Source: Octopus vulgaris
Lineage: Eukaryota
Length of the DNA: 64,000 bases
Assembly (NCBI GenBank): GCA_951406725.2
Contig: OX597816.1
Span: 61,442,001 to 61,506,000 of the forward strand
Direction: 5' to 3'
The position numbers and the translations under genes are program-made. The notes beneath the pieces were generated by a model. It saw nothing but the letters and a program-made list of their open reading frames with translations. It had not been told where the DNA came from and ran no database searches. Positions 53,069-64,000 of the stretch are shown here, piece after piece. The number at the start of each line of letters is the position of its first letter. Positions within the stretch are counted from its first letter, which is position 1.

Positions 53069-53928
53069 CAGGGTGCGATGGGTAAATTGTCGCCATCTTT
53101 TTATGTTTAATTTCGCGCATCCATATAGTTCGTTTTTGATATTGTCGACTACACAGTATAGTAGGGTTAATTGGGCACCATCTGTAAGAAAGACAGCACC
53201 ATGACGCAATTCTCTCTGCCAGAAATTTGGAAACGACATGCTGTACTGCCTGCATTCGCACCGGAAGCTCCAATACATACATTTCAGAGTGTTTGGGTGT
53301 GAATCTGAGGAGTGTGCAATCTGAGGACATGTACCGAGAGTGATAAAAATCAAAAATCCAGTCAAAATCACGGTGTTTGGAGTGATCACTAGTGATGGCG
53401 ACGTTATGCCTCCATTTATCTTTCCATACGGCCTCATACTCAGCAAGGAGGCATACATCAAGTGCCTGGAGGAGGTAGTACTTCCCTGAGTGAAGAGAGT
53501 GACTGTTAGAAGATCCTATATCACGCAACAGGACTCTGCACCATTCCACACATGCAGGAGAACCCAGTCATGGCTGTCAGACAATTTCTGCGTCCACATC
53601 TGGTCACCTAAGTCCCCAGACAACAACCCACTCGATTATTACGTGTGGGAGCAACAAAACCCTTAGTAACACCAAAGATGAACTGAAAGCAAAGATTATG
53701 GCAGCATTTACCAACTTAAACAAGGAGACCGTCCAGAAGAGTTGCAGGAGATTCTGAAGTCGGCTGGAGGCCGTGGTTGAAGTCAAAGGCGATTTTATTG
53801 CATAAATTTACTCTTTAATATTTCAAGATATTTTAATGTAATTTTGGTAAACATACCTGTTGAAATGAGAAGCCAGTGTCATTTTCATTTTTGCGTAATT
53901 TAGACGACAGTTTATTCACCACACCCTG
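53069..53928 (+). mobile_element. Deleted Tc1/mariner element, maT(DD37D)-like
   Basis: Termini cagggtgcgatgggtaaattgtcg and cgacagtttattcaccacaccctg; VFGVITSDGDVMPPFIFP, QQDSAPFH and WSPKSPDNNPLDYYVW. A related solo terminus lies at about 16880-16937. Confidence 0.8.
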
Positions 53929-54075
53929 CATATATTATATATATATATATATATTCAAATATATAAGGAATGGCCATAATAGGACATTCGACTCACTAGA
54001 AAGAGCAGCCAAACTCAAACCGCTAATAGTTGTAATTCTGAAATTGAAAGAGAAATAAAAACGTTTACCCTTTCA

Positions 54076-54170
54076 TCTCTGGTCTATGCATAGTTTCGGC
54101 AAACTTTAGTAAACAAATTAATTAAATTAAATTAAATTTATTTACAACTGGCGTGCCTCGTCAGCAGAGA
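54076..54170 (-). ncRNA. Type-I hammerhead copy with mutated cleavage triplet (GAC)
   Basis: Minus strand: tctctg CTGACGA ggca...tgcc GAAA ctatgcatag AC cagaga. Confidence 0.7.
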
Positions 54171-54497
54171 AGCCAAGGACGAACATATACCCACGAGGCG
54201 ATGGTAAGGAAGCCTCAAGTCTATATGCTATAAATTTTCAAAATCTACCGCAATCGCGCGGTCTTCTCAGCAGCAAATATAAACTGCTGATTTAATTTCA
54301 AAATTAGCCAAAAAATCATTAATTAATAAATATAAGGGTAGCAAAAAATTCTAGAAAAAATTCTCCGCTATCAGCGGTCCAGTAACAAAGAAAAGATAGT
54401 CAAAGACTATATGATATACATTCAAATATATAATTTATAGCATATAGACTTGAGGCTTCCTTACCATCGCCTCGTGGATATATGTTCGTCCTTGGCT

Positions 54498-54592
54498 TCT
54501 CTGCTGACGAGGCACGCCAGTTGTAAATAAATTTAATTCAATTTAATTAATTTGTTTACTAAAGTTTGCCGAAACTATGCATAGTCCAGAGA
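54498..54592 (+). ncRNA. Type-I hammerhead ribozyme, intact core
   Basis: Stem I tctctg/cagaga, CTGACGA, stem II ggca...tgcc, GAAA, palindromic stem III ctatgcatag, and GUC triplet (predicted cut after 54586). Confidence 0.88.
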
Positions 54593-54804
54593 TGAAAGGG
54601 TAAACGTTTTTATTTCTCTTTCAATTTCAGAATTACAACTATTAGCGGTTTGAGTTTGGCTGCTCTTTCTAGTGAGTCAAATGTCCTATTATGGCCATTC
54701 CTTATATATTTGAATGTATATTATATAGTCTTTGACTATTTTTTCTTTCTCACTAGACCGCTGGTAGCGGAGAATTTTTTCTAGAATTTTTTGCTACCCT
54801 TATA

Positions 54805-54872
<68 letters not shown>

Positions 54873-55902
54873 TATCGCATACACATTACGATACTAATAA
54901 TCTGGTGTAGACCTCAGTAGAGCTCAACGCTTTAGGACGAAGCGTTAGTCGAGTACAGAGGAGTAATAGAAAGAAAGATGACAAAGGAAAGAACGATTAT
55001 CTTATGAACTTCCTATATTCCTTCTTCTTCTTCTTCTTCTTCTTCTTCTTCTTCTTCTTCTTCTTCTTCTTCTTCTTCTTCTTCTTCTTCTTCTTCTTCT
55101 TCTTCTTCTTCTTCTTCTTCTATATATATTCTTTTATTCTTTTATTATTTTACTCATTTCAGTCATTTAACTGCGGCCATGCTGGAGCACCGCCTTTAGT
55201 CGAATAAATCAACCCCATGACTTATTTTTTGGCAAGCCTAGTACACCCAGTCAACATCACAAGGCCCAATGGCTAGGGCGTTGCATTTACGATCGTGAGA
55301 TCGTGGTTTCAAATCCTAGACCAGTGTGGTGCGTTGTATTCTTGACCGAAAACACTTCATTTCACGTTGCTTTACGATCATTTCGACACTTAACGCGTGG
55401 TACTCCGTGCACCTCTTCAGGCAACGACGATTTGATTGCGGAAGTGAGCTAATGTTAAAGCACATATATATATTTTTGTGAAAGTCGTTCGGCAAAAAAC
55501 AGAACATTCATACATCTCGTCTTCGACGGGGGAGTCTACCATAGTTGGGAAATATAAATATTTTAAAATTCTTTATAAAGCTAACATCTATAAGTTATTT
55601 CTTCCCAAAAGTTACTATAGGGATGAAAAGAGAAAGGAAAGAAGAAAGAAGGAAAGATGGAAGAAGAAAAACAAAAATATGGAAAATATTGTTAAATTTG
55701 AAGGTTTTTCTTGCAATAGGCACAAGGCACAATAGGTACAAGGCCTGACATTTTGGGAGAAGGGGCTGAGTAGAATACCTCGACCCCCAGTGGTTGACTG
55801 AAGTCAACGTCGGCGGAATTTGAACTCAGATGAACGAAACGTCGATAAACATTTTATCCAACGTGCTTACGACTTAAAAACGCCTTAAAAACAACAACAA
55901 CG

Positions 55903-55947
<45 letters not shown>

Positions 55948-56780
55948 GCCACAACAGAAGTTGCTGGAAAAATAGGAGGGATTGGCTGATGAAAGGAACC
56001 TTAAAAAAGAGACCGAGAGCACTATACTAGCAGCGCAGGACTAAGCTCTGGCCACTAACTGGAGGGTCAATCTGAGGAATGTGCAAGTGTCTCTGCTTTG
56101 CCGCATCTGCAATAGAATGGATGAAACTATTGCCCATATCGCGAACGAATGCCCCGGACCTGCTCAAAACCACTATAAGTTGTGATGACATGGCCAGGTA
56201 GTGAAAATGCTACGTTGGAAACTGCGAAAAGTGGGAGGGGGTAGAGAGAAGCAACACGTGGTATGAGCACAAACCGCAATGAGTGTCAGAGTCGGAGACA
56301 AGCAAAATCCTCTGGGATTTCCTAATCCGAATAGATCAGGTGCTAGAGCATAACAGACCGGACCTAGTAATGGTGGACAAGGTGGACCACATATGTTATA
56401 TAGTTGATGTTGCATGCCCTTTTGACCCACGAATAGTCAAAAAGGAAGGCGAAAAGATAGATGAATACAACCCTCTTAAGTATGAAATAGCTCGGCTATG
56501 GAAAATGAAGGAGGTGAAGATTGTGCCAATTATTGTTGGGTCGTTGGGAATAGTATCAGAGGGCATCAAGGGGAATATAAAGGAAATTGGAGTAGAGTAC
56601 CCAGGAGAACTGTTACAAAAGGTTTGCCCCCTTAGCACGGTCAGAATAATCAGGAAAGTATTAGATAACCGAAAAGAAAGAATAGCATGGTACCGTGGGC
56701 TGCAGGTAGTAAGCCTGCTACGCATGCAAAACTCCAGGAGTTCCAACAAAACCTGTGATAAAGAGAAAATAACAACAACA
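55948..56780 (+). mobile_element. R4/Dong-type LINE 3' remnant after (TAA)n
   Basis: CRICNRMDETIAHIANEC, ILWDFLIRIDQVLEHNRPDLV, IVDVACPFD, KIDEYNPLKYEI and VPIIVGSLG. Confidence 0.9.
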
Positions 56781-57096
56781 ACAAAGACACAATTCCTTCA
56801 ACTCAAGAAGCTACTATGGCCTTCCGTTAAACATAAGCCACACTCAACACGAATCCTTATTGTCATTACAAATGTTAAGCTTTATCATCACCGATGTTCT
56901 CTTCTATTTCTATGAACGAACATCATATAGCAAAGACTGCATCACAAAGATTGGCCCCCTGCTTCAGATCAGAGGCAGAAAATACTTCAACCCTTTTCCA
57001 AAAGAACTAACCCTCTATAAAACTTAGATGAATATACTAAGAACATCTGCTTCTATATCTAAGATGGAGCTGCATCTAAACAGAAATATCTTACAC

Positions 57097-57336
57097 CAGC
57101 AGACCCCTACCTATTTTGCATCACAGACTGGCTTCAGGAAAGATAATTTTTCCACGGACCAGAGTATCACATGCATAACAAAACACAATAAAGCACATAA
57201 TATATTCTTTCAATTATTACATATATAGTGCAAATGTAACTATTGAAATGTATATTATGTTTTATTTCTGTGCGGCCCGCTGCCAAATGATCCACGGCCC
57301 AGCGTTGGTCTGTGGTCCGGTGGTTGGGGACCCCTG
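57097..57336. mobile_element. hAT (Charlie-like) MITE
   Basis: Termini cagcagacccctacc and ggttggggacccctg, with imperfect 8-bp TSD tcttacac/tcttgcgc. Confidence 0.65.
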
Positions 57337-57454
57337 TCTTGCGCCTTATCCAAAATGACAACACGATAAGCATGGCGTCGTTCATCAATACATTGTAACA
57401 TTTGACCTTCAGATGTCCTGGCTCATTTCTCTGTGTTTTCTACAGCTACTGCAG

Positions 57455-57822
57455 GGGGCGCAATGGCCCAATGGTTAGGGCAGCGGACTCGCGGTCGGAG
57501 GATCGCGGTTTCGATTCTGAGACCGGGCGTTGTGTGTGTTTATTGAGCGAAAACACCTAAAGCTCCACGATGCTCCGGCAGGGGTTGGTGGCGACCCCTG
57601 TTGTACTCTTTCGTCCCAACTTTCACTCTTTCTTCTTGTTTCTTATCCTCGAATTCCTACGCAACCGCTGAGCCTGGATGCACATTCATCCATCCGTCGA
57701 TGCTCTCGGTGTCGGGGGTTGACCTACTTTCTCTTCTGCGGGTCTTACGAATAGCAAAGGACCACGTTTCGAACTTCTCTCACTACAGAAATCCGCTTCG
57801 CTCAACATCAACATCATCATCA
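57455..57822 (+). mobile_element. SINE family C, full length, 13-bp TSD
   Basis: tRNA-like head, (CAT/CAA)n tail, and TSD acagctactgcag at 57442-57454 and 57823-57835. Confidence 0.9.
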
Positions 57823-58689
57823 ACAGCTACTGCAGTAACCTCTGCTCTTCGCAGCTAGCTGATATCGCATCATATCCATTCAGAGCACTTCTGACTTTTT
57901 CGTTTCTTCTTTTCTCGCCACCCATATTGTATTCACTTTCAGGCTTCTCACTAATCCCTATACTCAAAATACTTTTCTCTCCAGAACATCGGCTCTCTAG
58001 AGTTCTCTGCATAAGTTTTTGTTTCAGCCGTTGATTGCGACAAATCAAGAGAATTGTAAACAGCATCAATCTCACCGCTCTCGGAGGATCTGCGAAGGCG
58101 AAGATCATATTGTTTTTCTTTAGGCAAAAAAGGGGTGGGGTATAAAACAAATATCTATGTGCCTCGATTTTCGTATAGTATCGAGAAAAAATATATACGT
58201 ACGATAAAGATAGAATGATATAGAAGTAACGAGTTGGGGAAGGTAGTTGGTGGGCGGCACAGTTTTCAGTTCAAGAGATCTTTAGCTTAGATTTTTTAAT
58301 CAGTTGCATTCATGAAATTATAACATCATTTTTAGTTTTATGGAAATAAAAAAAAATCAATACGAATTATGGAATTATGAAAATATTTTAGATGTTTTTC
58401 AATTTTGTTTTTCTTTGATAGAAATGCAGACGACGCAAAAGTTACTTAGCTATTATACTTCCGTAATCCTTGAAATATCCGCTAGGCATGGTTAGTACCC
58501 CCCCCCCACAGATATGTGAGTATATATATATGTATGTATATATTATGTGCGTGGGCGTGTTAACTTAATGGGTAAGATTTTAATAGAAATGATAGGGCAT
58601 TATATGTTTTCTGACATAAAATAATTAACAAGCTCCAAGAACTACAAACCTTCTGAAGGATACGAATTAGTCCCCCTACTCTTATTTTT

Positions 58690-59195
58690 GAGTTGTTGAG
58701 TTTGGAAGAAGGGATGGTGCCAATGACCTTTGCAGATGAATGAGTTCGATGCTGCCAATGATGTTCCGTTTGAACAGTTGCAAGGCAACAGGTGTACGAA
58801 ATGCATTAGTAGGGAGGAGATCGGGGGTTGGGGTCGATATCTAGGGTGTAGAAGGACTGGGCCTTGTGGTTAATTCAGGAAATGGGGAGTAATCATAAGC
58901 ATGACAAACGTGAGGTCGAGAGGCGATTGGTTCGGAATGCCTGAGTGAATGGAAGACGTACAAGAAGAGACAGCTACAGAATAGCAATAACAAAAAAGGT
59001 AAAGGAAGGGGAACGGCACGCCTATAGGCTGGAGGCTGGATTGTATCTGTGATTTAACGCCAATCAGTCGACTAGCCCTTCTCCGGACGTGGCCCAAGAC
59101 GCCGTCTCAGCAACACCATCTGAGCAACACCGTCCCTCCATTGTGTATCTCACTTGAGTATTGCTGGAGCCTGAAATACCTTCTGGACCTAAAGA
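58690..59195 (-). mobile_element. Old CR1/Jockey-like LINE 3' remnant
   Basis: LGHVRRRASRLIG...SSLQP...LYLFCY resembles the post-RT region of these LINEs. Confidence 0.5.
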
Positions 59196-59683
59196 GAAAG
59201 GAGACCACGTCACCGATTTACACAAAAGAGCATTTGCTATTTTTCTCTGTAAGATTAAGCATCGTGTTAATTTTACATATATAAACTAACTCTTTTATCC
59301 CCCATAATGTCTGACTTGTTTCACAGTTAATTCACCAGCCAGAAGAAGGTTATAATTTATAAAAAGCTGATTTGGTCTAATAGACCGAATAATGTCCCTA
59401 GATTTTTCTTGCCTGCAGCCAACAATCACACTTGTCGTTGAACGTGTAAATTAACTCTGAGTGATTTATTGTTTTTTTTCTTAGAATTACCTCCCCTTTG
59501 TATGAGAGCTTTTATTTTTTTTTATCCAGTCAAAAGGGAAATGTTAATTAGTTAAAAATTTATTCCGTACGGCGTTCAGTATATCACTCCTTAAATTAAT
59601 TGTTATACTATCGTCTGTCACTGAGATATCACATTCTGGTTCGACCTTTATGCTGAGAATTAATCTTTAGAATACGATGAATC

Positions 59684-59738
<55 letters not shown>

Positions 59739-59841
59739 ATGTATATATATATATATGTATATATATAGAGAGAGAGCGAGAATGATTCAAATAAACAGAT
59801 GAACAGATTATCTCGATGTCGTATGTGTGTGTATGTATATA

Positions 59842-59898
<57 letters not shown>

Positions 59899-59975
59899 GT
59901 GTGTATGCATGTGTTTATATATATGTATATATATGAGTGTGTGTATGCGTGAGTGTATGTATGTATGCGTATTAT

Positions 59976-60007
<32 letters not shown>

Positions 60008-60704
60008 ACATATATACTCATGCTCAGACACATACAACGTTACTATTTGCAACGTTTGCACGACAAATAACTAATTACAATATTGACGATATTTTCCTTT
60101 TTTTTCTCCCTTTCAGATATACATACATGATGATCGCTTCAGCTTGACAGATGATAACCATTTCAATTAATCTACTTCATCCCGATAATTTCCATTAGCC
60201 TATGTGCTCTGAAAAAAAAAAAAAACTCTCAAAAGAACCCACAGAATTTTAATAGAGAGGAAAGATGCACCAGACAGAGTGAATCATCTGTACGTCACTG
60301 GATTAAAGTGATATATGCATGTACATGTATCCGACCCTCTAAGTATCAATAACTGGAATCCCGTGCCAGCTATTGCAAGATGACTGACAGCTCCATCAAC
60401 TGGTTTGATTTCAGAGTGCTTTCTCTCAGACTTCTTCCAAGCAAAGTTTACGTAGAAGTTGGCAGGAATTTACAAGAAACATATTCACACATAAATGGAT
60501 GGCCGTAGACACTCATGAGTTCGTTCGCCCTTTAATGACTCTTATTTTTTATCCTGCATGGTGTCCACAAATCATATTCCTCACCAAGCCAGTTTGGTGG
60601 GGTTGCTGGCTTAGTCTTCGACGACGTGACTATACAAGTTGTGTTAGGTTACATGTTACAAGTAGCACACAGAAGTGACCTGATAAACAAACATACATAC
60701 ATAT

Positions 60705-60938
60705 ATTTATTTATTGACCACAAGGGGCTAAACATAGAGGGGACAAACAAGAACAGACAAATGGATTAAGTCGATTACATCGACCCCAGTGCGTAACAGG
60801 TACTTATTTAATCGACCCCGAAAGGATGAAAGGTAAAGTCGATCTCGGCAGAATTTGAACTCAGAACGTAACGGCAGACGAAATACTGCTAAATATTTCG
60901 CCCTGGCGTGCTAACGATTCTGCCAGCTTGCCGCCCTA
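60705..60938 (-). mobile_element. SINE family A
   Basis: Matches 28250-28481. Confidence 0.88.
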
Positions 60939-61508
60939 CATACATACATACATACATACATACATACATACATACATACATACATACATACATACATACA
61001 TACATACATACATACATACATACATACATACATACATACATACATACATACATACATACATGAATACATACATACATATGCACACGCATGCACACATAGA
61101 TTCGCATGCTCTATTCCTTCTGTGTTACTTGAAACGTTTTTCAAGCCCCTTCCCCTCTAAAACGCAACAAAAACAAAAAACATAAAAACCCATTGTTGGA
61201 ATTTCGGTTACAACAAAGGCTTACATGTAGACTTAAAAAAAAATTCTCGTTTCACTTTTCCACTTACAGATAATATTTTGAAACAACGGCGTGGTGGTAG
61301 CTGGTTATATAACTATGTACATATAAATAAAAACAGAAAAAAAAAAAGTCTGAAAATATACGTACGCGCACGTGAATATATGAATGCACATGTACACTCT
61401 CCGAAATATATACATTCTTTATTTTCACTGTTCCACATATAGATTGCATTTTCAAAGCCTAGGGTGTTAGTAGGTTACTTATATAATTAGATACATATAT
61501 ATAATTAG

Positions 61509-61576
<68 letters not shown>

Positions 61577-61786
61577 CTTTTTACTTGTTTCAGTCATTTG
61601 ACTGCGGCCATGCTGGAGCACCGCCTTTAATCGAGCAACTCGACCCCGGGATTTATTCTTTTGTAAGCCCAGTACTTATTCTATCGGTCTCTTTTGCCGA
61701 ACCGCTAAGTAACGGGGACATAAACACACCAGCATCGGTTGTCAAGCAATGCTAGGGGGACAAACACAGACACACAAACACACACA

Positions 61787-61848
<62 letters not shown>

Positions 61849-61851
<3 letters not shown>

Positions 61852-62260
61852 TATTATAAAAGGCAGATTTTATCTGCCTCCCTTTGGGAGTTATACAAAT
61901 CTACAATATAGGATTTCTTCAATTACAATTTACCTACCATTTTTGAGAGTACAATGCATCGCGTCATGCCAGGTCCAGCTTTTAAAATTTAAACTCCAAT
62001 TAAGCAAAATTTACAGAAAACTCACATTCTGGTGTGTGTGTCAAATGCTTTTCTTAGTCTGGTTTACACCACACGCAAACGCAAACACACAGTGGGCAAC
62101 GAATAAAATGAAAGTAAATAGCGACAGAGTGATTTGAGGAAGACTAAAGTGAAAGTATTCTGTCTATGACGCTGATAGATACATGAGTAAAATGTATGGG
62201 AAGCTAAGAGCTAAGAGTGAGTGAAAATGTTCTTGGAAGAGAGTAATTAGTAATAAAGTA
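61849..62260 (+). mobile_element. Probable Helitron 5' fragment
   Basis: Starts A|TCttattataaaag within (TA)n, with hairpin aggcagat-ttt-atctgcct. No 3' end seen. Confidence 0.45.
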
Positions 62261-62619
62261 AACATACACTCATACATACATACATACATACATACATACA
62301 TACATACATACACACACACACATACACACACACATACATACACACACACATACATACATACACACATACATACATACATACATATACATACATACATACA
62401 TATACATACATACATACACACACACACATACACACACACACAGTATTGAAGCTTGAGAACAATCAGATACATTTGCAACACATCTGTTGAAAATATTATT
62501 GTTCACACACATACATATACATATATACATACAGACAGACAGACAGATAGACACACACACACACACACACACATGATCCAGCATGGCCACAACCTCAAGG
62601 CTGAAACATATAAAAGAAT

Positions 62620-62990
62620 AACAGAATATAAATGTGTGCAAAGTACAAGAAATATTAATGCAGTATATGGGGATTGGACAATAAGCGTAAGGCAGTGTCA
62701 ATGGTGGTTCCAGAAATCCCGAGCCATAAACTACAGCCTAGAAGACGAGCCTCATCCTGAAAGATCTGTAGAACTCGACAAGGACATCCTGAAAACCCTG
62801 GTGGAACAAAATATCATCGTAACTGTTGAGGAACTAGCAGAGAAGCTTGGATTTGGTCATTCAACCATTCATTGACACCTGTGTGCTATCGGAAAAGTCA
62901 GCAAATTGGGTCAATGGGTTCCTCACGAACTTTCCGAGTCTAATTGCATGCAGAGAGTGAATGTATGCTTTTCTTTGCTGTCATATCTCA
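62620..62990 (+). pseudogene. Mariner transposase N-terminal remnant
   Basis: RNINAVYG...WWFQK...SLEDEP...TVEELAEKLG...STIH*HL..IGKVSKLGQWVPHEL. Confidence 0.85.
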
Positions 62991-63010
62991 CCACTACTGC
63001 GCTATGTATA

Positions 63011-63644
63011 TCTATATATATAAAACTGTAGTTGTGTGAGTGTCTGTCCCCTTCGATTTAGATTCCTAACTACTCCCACATTTTGCGGTACAGTTTAACC
63101 AAATTCGGGTAGCTTATAGTCGTGATTCATATCGAGCCCGTCTGAATATTAGCGCGCGTCTACGATGAGTCTACGATTTTAAAAATAATTTAACATCATT
63201 TTTTATTCCATTTTAATGCATAATTTTTCGTGTGTCGATGGCGGCGGAGTTGGCGTCCACGCTCACACCTGCACCTGTGGGGAAGGGAGTGTAAGGAAAT
63301 CAACGTCGTAATGCGTTGTCAAGGAGACCAGTGTTCTTTTAGAACAACGACTTCATGGCTTGAAGACACCAAAACAGAAATGGCTAAGAAAGCGTCTACA
63401 TGAGTCTACGATTGAAAAAAAAATTTACCATCGTTTTTTTTCCATTTTAATGCATTTTTTCGCTATATAAGGGAAGTAACTCTCTAAAAATGTCTACGAT
63501 GAGTCAACGATTTAAAAAAAAATTTACCATCATATTTTTTCCATTTTTAATGCATTTTTTGCTATCTTTTGGCTATAACTCTCTAAAAATGCTTATATAG
63601 TTATTTCCCTTACAAACCCGAGCAACGCCGGGCGATACTGCTAG
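63011..63644 (+). mobile_element. Complete non-autonomous Helitron (634 bp)
   Basis: A|TCtatatatataaaactg 5' end, hairpin cccg-agcaacgc-cggg, CTAG|T 3' end, no TSD, and three internal ~65-bp repeats (gtctacgatgagtc...ttaatgcat). Confidence 0.85.
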
Positions 63645-63829
63645 TATATATATATATACACATATATACGACGGGCTTCTTTCAGTTTCCGTCTACCAAA
63701 TCCACTCACAAGGCTTTGGTCGGCCCGAGGCTATAGTAGAAGACACTTGCCCAAGGTGCCACGCAGTGGAACTGAACCCGGAACCATGTGGTTGGTAAAC
63801 AAGCTACTTACCACACAGCCACTCCTGCG

Positions 63830-63896
<67 letters not shown>

Positions 63897-64000
63897 TATA
63901 TATATTCAATATATATATATATTCAATATATATATATATATTCAATATATATATATATATATATATATTCAATATATATTTATTCAATATATATATATTA

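Larger units (their letters stand above)
53951..54810. mobile_element. Penelope pseudo-LTR or retrozyme-like element: a 467-bp unit plus an inverted partial copy
   Basis: 53951-54236 is inverted at 54432-54715 and 54326-54433 is inverted at 54702-54810. attcaaatatataa recurs at 53953 and 54420. Both ends lie in (TA)n. Confidence 0.8.
61577..63832 (-). mobile_element. SINE family B tail (61577-61790) and head (63669-63832) separated by nested insertions
   Basis: Both halves match the family and are co-oriented. That they are one interrupted copy is an inference. Confidence 0.6.

Noticed and set aside
52631-53549. 276-aa and 196-aa minus-strand ORFs
   Set aside because: Antisense to a transposon remnant and running through microsatellite and low-complexity DNA.
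54237-54290. CTGAGAA-gaccgc...gcggt hairpin on the minus strand, a possible second hammerhead in the unit
   Set aside because: Core deviates and no GAAA/UH follows; at best a relic.
57758-57795. Minus-strand CTGTAGTGA...GAAACGTG in the SINE-C tail
   Set aside because: Wrong core spacing and G at the cleavage position.

Overview
AT-rich, microsatellite-saturated animal DNA with no recognisable host protein-coding gene. The SINE and LINE content looks like an octopus (coleoid cephalopod) intron or intergenic region; this is an inference from repeat character only. Almost all long ORFs in the track are artefacts of (TA)n, (TATG)n and minisatellite tracts. The window holds decayed LINEs (RTE, Tx1/L1-like, CR1, R4/Dong-type), Tc1/mariner and hAT remnants, several tRNA-derived SINE families, and non-autonomous Helitrons. 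The most interesting signals are six hammerhead-ribozyme motifs in Penelope-like repeats. One is a complete type-I hammerhead at 54498-54592, inside a 467-bp circularly permuted, inverted unit resembling a Penelope pseudo-LTR or retrozyme. Three others share a non-canonical CUGUNGA core. Also notable are a ~59-bp minisatellite carrying about two dozen heat-shock-element/TEAD-like palindromes next to a Helitron end, a Helitron that captured a LINE 5' end, an RTE with a ~78-bp target duplication, and a perfect 93-bp inverted duplication. Boundaries of decayed elements are approximate.
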